Assembly (NCBI GenBank): GCA_035352955.1
Contig: DAOPYQ010000001.1
Span: 229,536 to 293,535 of the forward strand
DNA from: Candidatus Omnitrophota bacterium
GTDB taxonomy: Bacteria; Omnitrophota; Omnitrophia; Omnitrophales; Aquincolibacteriaceae
Direction of reading: 5' to 3'
Length of the DNA: 64,000 bases
Part shown: positions 46,848-56,019 of the stretch, piece by piece
How the letters are laid out: each line of letters starts with the position of its first letter
Position numbering within the stretch: the first letter of the stretch is position 1
Program-made: the position numbers and the translations under genes
Notes under the pieces: generated by a model
What the model was told of the DNA's origin: nothing
Database searches by the model: none
The model's input: only the letters and a program-made list of their open reading frames with translations

Positions 46848-47699
46848 ATGTTTACGGTGAACTTTCTTAAAACAGTTTTCCTGTTGGTTTCAGGGGGGAT
46901 GCTTAGCGTCTGGTTTGGGTATGTTTTGGGCGGGGTGAGGGGAGCCATGGCGGCAGTCATTCTCGCAGGTCTGATGATTTTCGGTGTTTACTGGTTTTGT
47001 GACAAACTCGTGCTTTTCATGCATCGCGCCCAGCCGCTTGCTGAGGAAGAGGCGCCCGAAGTTTACGGGATTCTGCGAGAATTATCCGAAAAAGCCGGGA
47101 TTCCCATGCCCAAGCTTTATCTTCTGCCGGCGGCTTCGGCAAATGCGTTTGCAACGGGCCGGGATCCTCGACACGCGGCGATCGCGGTGACGCACGGGAT
47201 CGTGACGCTGCTCAATAAAGAAGAACTGGAAGGTGTTTTCGGGCATGAGCTGTCCCACATTTTGAACCGTGACAGCCTGCTAGCTTCCTGGGTCGCGGCG
47301 TCTGCGGGAGCGCTTTGCGTGCTTGCGTCGATGTTCCGGTTGTCATTCCTTTGGGGCGGGGAGAGGGACGGGCGGCAGGACGGGAATCCACTGGTGCTTG
47401 TTGCGATTGCGGTGCTTATGCCGGCGGCAGCATTGCTGGTCCGGTGCGTGGTTGCGTGTTCTCACGAATACGCCGCGGATCGCCGCGGTGCCGAACTTTG
47501 CGGGGATCCTTTTTATCTCGCGAGTGCTCTCAGAAAACTGGACGTCCGGTCCCGGCAATTGCCGTTCCGGGGCGTTAATCCCGCGATGGCGCATCTTTTT
47601 ATCGTAAACCCACTGCCGAGAAAGGGGTGGAGCGTCCTTTTTAATACTCATCCGCCTGTTGAAAACCGAATCTCACATCTTGAGGCTATTGTAAACTGA
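46848..47699 (+). CDS. htpX: zinc metalloprotease HtpX (M48)
   Basis: HELSHI (HExxH) and 4 TM segments. 283 aa. Confidence 0.8.
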   Translation: MFTVNFLKTVFLLVSGGMLSVWFGYVLGGVRGAMAAVILAGLMIFGVYWFCDKLVLFMHRAQPLAEEEAPEVYGILRELSEKAGIPMPKLYLLPAASANAFATGRDPRHAAIAVTHGIVTLLNKEELEGVFGHELSHILNRDSLLASWVAASAGALCVLASMFRLSFLWGGERDGRQDGNPLVLVAIAVLMPAAALLVRCVVACSHEYAADRRGAELCGDPFYLASALRKLDVRSRQLPFRGVNPAMAHLFIVNPLPRKGWSVLFNTHPPVENRISHLEAIVN

Positions 47700-47745
47700 A
47701 AAAATCTTTGGCATGCGAAGGGGTGTTTGGGGGAATCGTTTCTGT

Positions 47746-48222
47746 TTAAATCGTGCAGGGGGTCGAATCCCCGTTAACTGCGGGAGTCGGTTTTTTGAAA
47801 AAGGTTCCGTCGCAAGTCCATTGGGTTACAGAGGCGGTAGCGTATTTGTAGATCCTGCCTTGCTGGTTTTGTACGGTGATCTGGTAATCGGAGCCAGAGC
47901 CGTTGTACTTATAAGACCAGTTTTTTGAACTCTCGGGACCGCTGATCCCGAGTTTTGACCAATCGCTCGAGGCAGCACCTCCGCAGAACGACCCGAGGCT
48001 CGCACCATTCGAACAAGTTTCATAGACTCCAAACCAAAATCCTCCGGTGAGCCCATATTGTCTTTCCGCGGTTCGTTGGATGACTCCCGTCAGCGTAAAA
48101 GCTTCTGCGGCTTTGGCTCTCGGACTCTGGGCGGTCATGCGGGGGAGGATCAGCGACGCCAGGACGGCGATAATGACGACGACGATCAGCACCTCGATCA
48201 GCGTAAACCCCTTATTTTTCAC
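47746..48222 (-). CDS. prepilin-type N-terminal cleavage/methylation domain protein (type IV pilin / T2SS pseudopilin-like), GTG start
   Basis: MKNKGFTLIEVLIVVVIIAVLASLILPRMTAQ class-III signal and hydrophobic helix. 158 aa. The start codon is GTG (cac at 48220-48222). Confidence 0.8.
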   Translation of the reverse strand: MKNKGFTLIEVLIVVVIIAVLASLILPRMTAQSPRAKAAEAFTLTGVIQRTAERQYGLTGGFWFGVYETCSNGASLGSFCGGAASSDWSKLGISGPESSKNWSYKYNGSGSDYQITVQNQQGRIYKYATASVTQWTCDGTFFKKPTPAVNGDSTPCTI

Positions 48223-48251
48223 GGGTTTTTCCTCAAAGTGATTTTAGAGAA

Positions 48252-48743
48252 TTACGCCAAGGTGCATCCGATGGCGTGACTTTCATCGTTCGGATATTTC
48301 GGATCAAAGATATAATTCATTCCGTGACAAATATAGCCAACTTTTGTTCCCGGATTATTTAGGTATTGCATGGAAACGTTGGAGTCTGTGACTGGGTTTC
48401 CATAAAAAGCGTAGAGGTCGTCGTAGACCGTTCCGGGGGCGTTTGCATAGACAAGAACATAGGTCCATTTGGAAGAATTTGGTTTTTTTAGGCCCACGTT
48501 TGCCCAATCCGCTTCTTTATCCGTAGGGCCGAAAGGTCCGGGGCCGGCTGCGATAAAACCTTCCCTGCCGAAAGAACGCATGTATTCCGCAGCGCGTCTC
48601 ATCACGCCGATCATTTGCATGGCCTCAGCGGATTCCGCTCTTTTGATCTGTGCGGTCATGCGGGGAAGGATCAGCGACGCCAGGACGGCGATAATGACGA
48701 CGACGATCAGCACTTCGATTAGCGTAAAGCCCTTGTTTTTCAT
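48252..48743 (-). CDS. prepilin-type N-terminal cleavage/methylation domain protein, paralog
   Basis: It has the same MKNKGFTLIEVLIVVVIIAVLASLILPRMTAQ N-terminus. The track ORF extends 10 codons further upstream (MYFNYSKGNA). ATG 48743 is more likely. Confidence 0.8.
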   Translation of the reverse strand: MKNKGFTLIEVLIVVVIIAVLASLILPRMTAQIKRAESAEAMQMIGVMRRAAEYMRSFGREGFIAAGPGPFGPTDKEADWANVGLKKPNSSKWTYVLVYANAPGTVYDDLYAFYGNPVTDSNVSMQYLNNPGTKVGYICHGMNYIFDPKYPNDESHAIGCTLA

Positions 48744-48886
48744 GGCATTTCCTTTCGAATAGTTAAAATACAAGCCTTTTGGAGTATCGGCTGCAAGCCC
48801 GCTTTTTTGAAGGATTGACGCTAGGGGAAGCAGCGGTTAAAATACGGCCTCTTTCGAAACCAACACCAATTGAGGAGAATCATCAG

Positions 48887-49198
48887 ATGGCTTATGTTAT
48901 TACTGAAAAGTGTCTTGGGGAACGTTATGGTGAATGTGCCGCGGTATGCCCTACCGAGGCGATCTCTCCGGGGATCTATCAGGGCAAGGAGTTCATGGTG
49001 ATCGATCCCGGGGTCTGTATCTCCTGCGGCGCGTGTGCGGCGGAGTGTCCGGTCGGTTCGATTGTGGAGTCCGAAGATATGGATCCGACCTACGCCAAGA
49101 TCAATGCGGACCTCGCCCCCCAGTTCAAGGCGAACCCGAAGGTGACGCCCCGTCCGAAGGATGAGGCTCCCAAGAAGCCGACGAACCAGCTGAAATAA
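48887..49198 (+). CDS. 7Fe ferredoxin ([3Fe-4S][4Fe-4S], FdxA-type)
   Basis: C9-x7-C17-x3-C21-P then C-x2-C-x2-C-x3-CP (CISCGACAAECP). This spacing matches Azotobacter-type FdI. The likely start is MAYVITEKC. The track ORF starts earlier, at 48779. Confidence 0.75.
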   Translation: MAYVITEKCLGERYGECAAVCPTEAISPGIYQGKEFMVIDPGVCISCGACAAECPVGSIVESEDMDPTYAKINADLAPQFKANPKVTPRPKDEAPKKPTNQLK

Positions 49199-49302
49199 CG
49201 GTTTCTGGATCTGACGGTTAAGAAAGGTTTGTCTTGCCTGCCTCGGTCGTCGGGGCAGGCAAGTTTTGTCATAAGAAGCGCATCTAAAGCGGGATTTTAA
49301 CC

Positions 49303-49881
49303 ATGCCATCACCGGTTGCGAGCAGCGGCGCGTTGGAAATCTCCCTCAAGAAATACGCCGAAGACTTTGCCCTTGAAAATCATGCCGCCCAAGTGGTTCT
49401 CCGGGGACTTTCTCTTGTCGGGGTCGGTTTTCGTCCTCTTTTGGATCATTTGATCTTCCGGACCGTTCATCTCAAGCAGCGGGCCCAGGAATTTCTTGAC
49501 CTCGGCTATGAACGGGATCTTGACGCCAAAGTCTTTACGAAAAAAGGCCATGGCGTGGAAGTTCTCCGGAAAGATTGCGCGGGTGCGATTCTTTTGGAAC
49601 ATCCTCATGACAAGGCGGGCCTGGATTGGGTGGCCAAATTCGGTGACAAAGCCCCTTGTGCTCTTGCGATCCGCGTTGAAGAGATCGAAGAAGCGGTTTT
49701 CCGCCTTGAAAAACAGGCGGTCGGTTTTCTTCGTCCTGCGGCAGGCTCCCATGAAGACACGCTTCGCGAGATCGCTGCGGTCCCTGGGATGAAGGACGGA
49801 AAAGAATGCGGTCATCTTATCCTGGTCGAGCGTCACGCGGGCGATCAGCGTTTTTATGCACCCGATTTCTGGATCAACTGA
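49303..49881 (+). CDS. hypothetical protein (possible VOC/metal-binding fold)
   Basis: 192 aa. His-rich motifs ILLEHPHD and HLILVERH. No confident family. Confidence 0.4.
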   Translation: MPSPVASSGALEISLKKYAEDFALENHAAQVVLRGLSLVGVGFRPLLDHLIFRTVHLKQRAQEFLDLGYERDLDAKVFTKKGHGVEVLRKDCAGAILLEHPHDKAGLDWVAKFGDKAPCALAIRVEEIEEAVFRLEKQAVGFLRPAAGSHEDTLREIAAVPGMKDGKECGHLILVERHAGDQRFYAPDFWIN

Positions 49882-49894
49882 AAGGGATTTCTCG

Positions 49895-50899
49895 ATGATC
49901 ATCGGACTTACAGGAAAGAACGGATCGGGTAAAGGGGAGGCGGCGAATTTTCTTAAAGAGCGCGGGTTCCATTATTTCTCGCTTTCCGATGCGCTTCGCG
50001 ACGAAGCGAAGAAACAGGGTAAAGAGATCACCCGTGACGTGCTGGTGGCTCTCGGCAATCAGCTGCGTGAAAAGGAAGGCCCGGGTTGTTTGGCCGAGCG
50101 GATCTTTGCAAAGTTGGATCCCGAAAAAAATTACGTCATTGATTCGATCCGCCATCCTGCCGAAATTCAGGTGCTCCGTCGTCGCAGTGATTTCACGCTT
50201 CTCCGGATCCACGCGTCCGACAGGCTGCGTTTTGAACGGCTCCGCCAGAGGAACCGCGAGAACGATCCGACGACCTACGAGGAATTTCTCGCGCTTGAGG
50301 CGAAAGAGGCCCAGAGCGGTGTGAAGACCGATCAACAACTTGACCAGGCGATCGCGTTGGCGGACCTCCAGATCGATAACAACGGCCCGCTCAAGGAACT
50401 CCACGAGAAGATTAAACCGGTTTTTCTGAATCTCGCCCAAAAAGCTCATCGCCCGGGATGGGATGAATATTTCATGAATATCGCGAAAGTGGTCGCGATG
50501 CGTTCCAACTGCATGAAGCGGAAGATCGCCGCCGTGATCGTGAAAGACAAGCGCATTATCTCGACCGGTTACAACGGGACGCCGCGCGGGATCAAAAATT
50601 GCAACGAAGGCGGCTGCCCGCGTTGTGCTTCGGTGGACGCGTCGGGGAAAGATCTCGGAGAATGCCTTTGCTCGCACGGGGAGGAGAACGCGATCGTGCA
50701 GGCGGCTTATCATGGCGTGCGTGTTAAAGGCGCCACGCTCTACACGACGTTTTCGCCGTGCCTTATGTGCACCAAGATGATCATCAATTCTGGGATCGGA
50801 GAAGTTGTTTACCAGGCGGCGTACCCGATGATGGATCTTTCGCTCAGGCTCCTCGCCGAGGCAGGCGTCACGGTTCGCAAGATCGAACCTTCCGTCTGA
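49895..50899 (+). CDS. fusion of a P-loop nucleotide-kinase-like domain and a dCMP/cytidine deaminase (zinc) domain
   Basis: N-terminal IIGLTGKNGSGKGE Walker A and a kinase-like region of about 190 aa. C-terminal deaminase zinc motifs H(G)EENAI and PCLMCTKMI. The track ORF starts 39 nt upstream. ATG 49895 is preferred. Confidence 0.7.
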   Translation: MIIGLTGKNGSGKGEAANFLKERGFHYFSLSDALRDEAKKQGKEITRDVLVALGNQLREKEGPGCLAERIFAKLDPEKNYVIDSIRHPAEIQVLRRRSDFTLLRIHASDRLRFERLRQRNRENDPTTYEEFLALEAKEAQSGVKTDQQLDQAIALADLQIDNNGPLKELHEKIKPVFLNLAQKAHRPGWDEYFMNIAKVVAMRSNCMKRKIAAVIVKDKRIISTGYNGTPRGIKNCNEGGCPRCASVDASGKDLGECLCSHGEENAIVQAAYHGVRVKGATLYTTFSPCLMCTKMIINSGIGEVVYQAAYPMMDLSLRLLAEAGVTVRKIEPSV

Positions 50900-50904
50900 T
50901 CTCC

Positions 50905-52065
50905 ATGAAGGAACCGGAAAAGATCGTCCGAGGCAGTTTCGGGCTGAAAGACCGTGTCCGCCCCCAGCTCGATAAAAGTTACCACAGTCCGCTCATCGAA
51001 AAGATCCGCGCGGAAGGTTTTCGTCTCGATCAGGGCCGCCTCGAAATCCGCCTCGCCAAAGAATTCGGGTTTTGTTACGGCGTCGAGCGGGCGGTCGAAT
51101 ACGCTTATGAAACGCGGGCGCGCTTTCCGGATCACAGGATCTTTCTGATCAACGAGATCATCCACAACCCGCGTGTTAATGCCGAGCTTCAGCAAATGGG
51201 GATCAAGATCCTCACGGGTGACGCGCTCCAGGCCGAAATCACCCGGAAGGACGTCGTGATCATGCCGGCGTTCGGCGTGCCGCTCGAAGATCTGAAAAGG
51301 TTCCAGAAGATCGGCTGTGTGATTGTGGACACGACTTGCGGCTCGGTGATGAGCGTCTGGCGGCGCGTCGAGTCTTATGGCCGCGACGGTTTTACGGCCG
51401 TCATCCACGGGAAGTATGATCACGAGGAAACGCGCGCGACTTGTTCTCGGACCGCGAAATATCTTGTCGTGAAGGACAAAAAGGAGGCCGAGCGGGTTTG
51501 CGGATACATCCGGGGGGCCGTTTCGCGCGGGTCTTTTCTGGAGGTTTTTAAAAACGCGTGTTCGCCGGGATTCGATCCGGACAAAGATCTGATGAAGATC
51601 GGGTTCGCGAACCAGACGACCATGCTTTCCAGCGAATCGGCGGAGATCTCGGATCTTCTGCGAGTCGCGCTCCGGGACCGGTATGGCGCGCCGGAGGCAA
51701 AGGAATGCTTCCGCCATTTTGATACGATCTGTTCGGCCACGCAGGACCGCCAGGATGCGGTCCGGGAGCTTGGTTACATGAAAATGGACCTGATCCTCGT
51801 GGTCGGCGGGTACAAGTCGAGCAATACGGGGCATCTGGCCGAGATCGCTTCGGAATTTTGTCCGGCGTATCAGGTGGAAGATGCGGCGTGTCTTATCTCT
51901 GCGGAAACGATTTGCCATAAAAAAGCAGGTTCCTCGGAAGTTCTTGAGACCCGGCGTTGGCTGCCGGAGGGGAAGATCAGGGTCGGGATTACGGCGGGCG
52001 CTTCAACCCCGAACCGTGTTGTCGGAGAGGTCATCGAACGGTTGATTGAGATCGCAGCGGGATAA
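50905..52065 (+). CDS. ispH: 4-hydroxy-3-methylbut-2-enyl diphosphate reductase IspH (LytB), long form
   Basis: GFCYGVERAV, VDTTCGSV and CSATQDRQ cysteines, NTGHL. The likely start is MKEPEKIV (ATG 50905). The track ORF from 50758 overlaps the previous gene. Confidence 0.85.
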   Translation: MKEPEKIVRGSFGLKDRVRPQLDKSYHSPLIEKIRAEGFRLDQGRLEIRLAKEFGFCYGVERAVEYAYETRARFPDHRIFLINEIIHNPRVNAELQQMGIKILTGDALQAEITRKDVVIMPAFGVPLEDLKRFQKIGCVIVDTTCGSVMSVWRRVESYGRDGFTAVIHGKYDHEETRATCSRTAKYLVVKDKKEAERVCGYIRGAVSRGSFLEVFKNACSPGFDPDKDLMKIGFANQTTMLSSESAEISDLLRVALRDRYGAPEAKECFRHFDTICSATQDRQDAVRELGYMKMDLILVVGGYKSSNTGHLAEIASEFCPAYQVEDAACLISAETICHKKAGSSEVLETRRWLPEGKIRVGITAGASTPNRVVGEVIERLIEIAAG

Positions 52066-52081
52066 ATCACGGGAGGGTTTT

Positions 52082-52315
52082 ATGAGACAGAGGTTTGGAA
52101 TGATAGCGTTGGCGGTTTTCGGGGTTTTTGCCTTGGTGGGATCGACGGGAGCATTTGCGGAACCGGAAGCCCAGGTGGAGTATGACCAGCCGGGAGAGAA
52201 CCTTTCAGATCCTTCGGCTTTCCAGGGCGACTCGGATGATATGGCGGGCGAAAGAGCTCCCGAAAATTTTCCGATGGATGATGAACCCGGGGAGGCCGGG
52301 ATCGGTGTTGAATAG
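52082..52315 (+). CDS. small secreted acidic protein (hypothetical)
   Basis: Signal peptide MRQRFGMIALAVFGVFALVGSTGAFA, then a highly acidic tail of about 50 aa, rich in D and E. Confidence 0.4.
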   Translation: MRQRFGMIALAVFGVFALVGSTGAFAEPEAQVEYDQPGENLSDPSAFQGDSDDMAGERAPENFPMDDEPGEAGIGVE

Positions 52316-52330
52316 GGAGACCAGGCGGTT

Positions 52331-52732
52331 ATGTTTAAAGTAGCGAAAACGATCTATTTTAATTACGGTCACAGGCTTATGGGCGGGCATGACAAGTGTT
52401 CGAGGCTTCACGGCCACAGCGCGCGCGTCGAGATCGAAATGTCGAGCCCGAAACTTGACCGGCAGGGGATGGTCGTCAATTTCTTCGACATCCGTAAGAC
52501 GATCGGTGACTGGATTGAGAAGAATCTTGATCACCGGATGATCCTTTCGGAAACAGACCCGCTTGCCGGGCTTTTGCGAAAGGCCGGCGAGCTCGTCGTG
52601 ACGGTGAAGGGGAATCCGACCGCGGAGGTGCTTGCGGAGAAGATCTTTTGCGCGGCGAAACGGATGAAGCTTCCCGTTTCGAAGGTTACGCTTTGGGAGA
52701 ATCAGGACAGCTTCGCGGTCTATGAAAAATAA
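52331..52732 (+). CDS. queD: 6-carboxy-5,6,7,8-tetrahydropterin synthase QueD / PTPS family
   Basis: Zn-binding H..H.H pattern (YGHRLMGGHDKCSRLHGHSARVE). 133 aa. Confidence 0.75.
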   Translation: MFKVAKTIYFNYGHRLMGGHDKCSRLHGHSARVEIEMSSPKLDRQGMVVNFFDIRKTIGDWIEKNLDHRMILSETDPLAGLLRKAGELVVTVKGNPTAEVLAEKIFCAAKRMKLPVSKVTLWENQDSFAVYEK

Positions 52733-52806
52733 AATAAAAAGAGCGGAAAACGTAAAACCGGGTTTGCCGTTATCTGCCATCCTGCATCTGTTCGCCTGAT
52801 CTAAGT

Positions 52807-55800
52807 ATGACCAAAACATTATTAGTAGGTCCCGCCGGTTGCGGGAAAACCCATCTTCTTCTCGACTCCTTCGAGAAGGCCTTAAAAGAGGCTGCGGACC
52901 CGCTTGCCTCTGACACGTTCTTCATTCTGCCGTCTATGGAACACGCCGAACGCGTGATTTCGCTTCTGGTTCAGCGCGGCGTCAAAGGATTCTTCCATAA
53001 ACGCATCACCACGCTTTCCCGGCTCACGGCGGACCTGTTCCGTGTGACGGACATTCCCGTGGCCTCCAGTCTTACGCGCGTCATGATCACCCGGGATCTT
53101 TTGAAGAACAATGCCTGGAAATATTTTTCCGGGGTCCAGGACCAGCCGGGTTTTCCCGGCCTTTTGACGCAGTTTGTCGGTGAGCTGAAGGAGTCCTGCA
53201 TTTCACCTGAGGTATTCCGTGAACGGATGAACGCGCTCAAGGGGTTCGAGGCCGCGTATGCCACTAAATACGAAGCTCTCGCGGCGTTTTACGAACAGTA
53301 TGAGGACGAACTTAAAAAACGGGCATTGCGTGATCCCCAGGACGCGCTCCGGATCTTCCGCGCGCGGAATCCCAAGGGTTATCGGTCGCCGGTAAAGTTC
53401 AAAACACTTTGGATCGACGGATTTTTCGATTTCTCGAACCTGCAGCTGGAATATCTCCGGGAACTTTCCAAGATCACGGAGGAAATGACCGTGACGCTTA
53501 CACAGGAAGAAGGTTCCGATCGTGGCGAGGCGTTCGAGGCTGTGGCCCGAACGCGAGCGGATCTTGTGAAGATGGACTTTGAGGTCCGGAAGATGCCGTC
53601 GAAGTCCTATCGCACGGGGAAACCCGATCTTGCTTTTCTGCAGCAAAACATTTTTAGAGAAAAGGGACCAGGCATTTGTTCTTTTGAAAAAGGAGCCGGA
53701 CCCCAAAACATCGTTTTGATGGACGCGGTAGGGATCGATGGGGAGGTTGAACTGATCGCCCGCGAGATCCACCGGCTTCACGCGACGGGGGACTACCGCT
53801 ACAGCGATTTTGCGGTCCTGTTCCGGCAGATCAAGAACTATGGGCAGGTCCTCGGGTCCATTTTTAAACGTTATGGAATTCCGGCGGAGATCCATGAACG
53901 CGACCGGCTGAAATTTTCGCCGTGGATCGCGACGGTCGTGGCGCTTTTGTCGATTTTCCGTAACGGCTGGCAGGCTGGGGACCTTTTTGCTTTTTTAAAA
54001 TCCGGTTATGTCCGCCAATGCGGAAAAGATCTCGCCAAGAACGACGAATGGGTTGCGGCTTTCGAGCAGCGGGCGTTCCAGACCGGCGTTTCGGAGTCGC
54101 GGGAGGCGTGGCTCGCGGAATGGAAAGGGCGCGCGAAGGAAGATCCCGCCGTCTTTAACCAGGAAAAAGCCGCGGTCCTGAAAGCCTTTGCGGAATTGGA
54201 AGACGGATTTTTTACCGCGAAAACCGTGGAGGGGCATATCCATTTCCTGAAGCAGGCGGTGTATGGGACTTTCGGGATCCTGGAAATAAGCGATTCCCCC
54301 GCAGGATTTGTCCTCCGTGACGCGGCTTGTGTCCAGAGGTTCGAGGCACTTCTCCAGGAAATGCGCGGCTATTTTCTCAAGAACAAACGCCCTGAGGTTT
54401 CGTTTGAAAGTTTTGCGGATTACTTTCTCGGGCTGGTGGAACTCGACCTTTATTCGGTCCATGAACGCGACAAGGACCGCGTGCAGGTCTATGACGTTTC
54501 GCTCGCGCGGCAGAAAGAATACCGGGTCGTGTTTGTAGCAGGGCTTCTGGAAAAGGTGTTTCCCCTGCAGGTTCGTGAGGATTCGCTCCTTTCGGATTGG
54601 GAGCGCAAGCTCATGAGCGCCGGGCTTACACACCCGCTTGCCGAGCGGCTTCCGAGGCAAAGTATTGAGCGGCTTTTTTTCTATCTTGCCGTCACACGGG
54701 CGAGGGAGCGTTTATATCTGAGTTATCCCCACCTTGACATTGAGGGGAAGGAATCGTTGCCGTCTTTTTATCTTGAGGAGGTCCGGAGCCTTTTCGGGGA
54801 GCGAATTACGGTGATGCGGCAGAATCTGGCCCGTCCGTATCCCGCGCCGGAGGAGGCGATCACAAGGCGCGAGCGGGAAGTGGCGGTGCTGGGCGCGTTG
54901 AGACATGCGGGCGCAGAAGACCCGGCGGCCGGCGGGCGTTTTGAGAAATTCGCTGCCGGCGTTTGCGGGGACGCGCAAAGCCGGGAACGGATCCTTGCGG
55001 CGTTGAAACCGATTGAAGCCGAACTTCTGGACACGCGGATCCGGGACGGTGGGTATTTCGAGGTCAAAGAAGCGAGTCCCACCCGGCTTGAATTGTACGG
55101 GAAATGTCCTTACCGTTATTTTGCGGAAAAGATCCTGAAGCTTCAGGACCCGTCCGGGGACATCAGCGCGATGCAGAAAGGGAGCGTTCTTCACGAGGTT
55201 CTCCAGCATTATTTCGACCCGAAACGGAAAAAAGATCCCCGGGAAACGACCGAGGCATTCATTCGTCGCGAGATCGAAGCCGGACTCGAAAAACATCCGC
55301 TTGCGCGGGGCGAAAAATATCGCGAGGACCTGGACCGGCGCGATCTTTTTGAAACGCTTGTTTATTTCCTGGAACAGGAGGACCGCCGGTTGAAGGCCGG
55401 TTCGTTCAGGCCTGCGGCGGTCGAATACAGTTTTGGATCGGAACCGGGGACGGCCGGTCCCGCGCTTGAGATCGGCGATAAAGAGCGGAGCCTCAAACTG
55501 CGCGGTCGCGCTGACCGAATCGATACAGACAAGGATAAGAAATTCGCGGTCGTAACGGACTATAAAACCTCGGCGAGATTCAAGGCAGGTGCCCTTGAAC
55601 TCGGAACGGCCCTCCAACTTCCGCTTTATCTTCTGGCGGTCGAGAAGCATCTCGGACTGACGCCGCTCGGGGGGGAGATTTATTCGATCCGCGATTGCAA
55701 ACGAAGCGGTTTTTACTGTGAGGACCATGCGGCATCGTTCGGCAAGGAGTTCACCGGCCGGTCCAAACTTCCGGAAGCCGAATTCCGGAAAATCCTGGAC

Positions 55801-55974
55801 CGGGCGGCAGCTTTTGCCAGAACTTTCGCGAAAAAAATGGTTTCTTTGGAGATTCCGGTGAGGCCGAGGGACTGTGAAGCTTCGTGTCCGTATGACACGG
55901 TTTGCCGGATTGAAAAATGGAGGCTTCCGGTCATCCTTCGCGAAATCAGGGAAGATCTTAAGGAAGGCCTTTAA
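52807..55974 (+). CDS. addB: AddB-like helicase-nuclease subunit (degenerate SF1 ATPase N-domain, C-terminal PD-(D/E)XK nuclease with Fe-S cysteines)
   Basis: N-terminus TLLVGPAGCGKTHLLLDSF, like Bacillus AddB (FLVGRSGSGKTKLII). C-terminal nuclease motif DRIDTDKDKKFAVVTDYKTS. Cysteine set C...CEASCPYDTVC, typical of the AddB iron-sulfur staple. 1,055 aa. Confidence 0.75.
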   Translation: MTKTLLVGPAGCGKTHLLLDSFEKALKEAADPLASDTFFILPSMEHAERVISLLVQRGVKGFFHKRITTLSRLTADLFRVTDIPVASSLTRVMITRDLLKNNAWKYFSGVQDQPGFPGLLTQFVGELKESCISPEVFRERMNALKGFEAAYATKYEALAAFYEQYEDELKKRALRDPQDALRIFRARNPKGYRSPVKFKTLWIDGFFDFSNLQLEYLRELSKITEEMTVTLTQEEGSDRGEAFEAVARTRADLVKMDFEVRKMPSKSYRTGKPDLAFLQQNIFREKGPGICSFEKGAGPQNIVLMDAVGIDGEVELIAREIHRLHATGDYRYSDFAVLFRQIKNYGQVLGSIFKRYGIPAEIHERDRLKFSPWIATVVALLSIFRNGWQAGDLFAFLKSGYVRQCGKDLAKNDEWVAAFEQRAFQTGVSESREAWLAEWKGRAKEDPAVFNQEKAAVLKAFAELEDGFFTAKTVEGHIHFLKQAVYGTFGILEISDSPAGFVLRDAACVQRFEALLQEMRGYFLKNKRPEVSFESFADYFLGLVELDLYSVHERDKDRVQVYDVSLARQKEYRVVFVAGLLEKVFPLQVREDSLLSDWERKLMSAGLTHPLAERLPRQSIERLFFYLAVTRARERLYLSYPHLDIEGKESLPSFYLEEVRSLFGERITVMRQNLARPYPAPEEAITRREREVAVLGALRHAGAEDPAAGGRFEKFAAGVCGDAQSRERILAALKPIEAELLDTRIRDGGYFEVKEASPTRLELYGKCPYRYFAEKILKLQDPSGDISAMQKGSVLHEVLQHYFDPKRKKDPRETTEAFIRREIEAGLEKHPLARGEKYREDLDRRDLFETLVYFLEQEDRRLKAGSFRPAAVEYSFGSEPGTAGPALEIGDKERSLKLRGRADRIDTDKDKKFAVVTDYKTSARFKAGALELGTALQLPLYLLAVEKHLGLTPLGGEIYSIRDCKRSGFYCEDHAASFGKEFTGRSKLPEAEFRKILDRAAAFARTFAKKMVSLEIPVRPRDCEASCPYDTVCRIEKWRLPVILREIREDLKEGL

Positions 55975-56019
55975 AATAAACGGAAAACCTGTTATCCTTC
56001 TAGGGCGCTTTCCTGAAGG

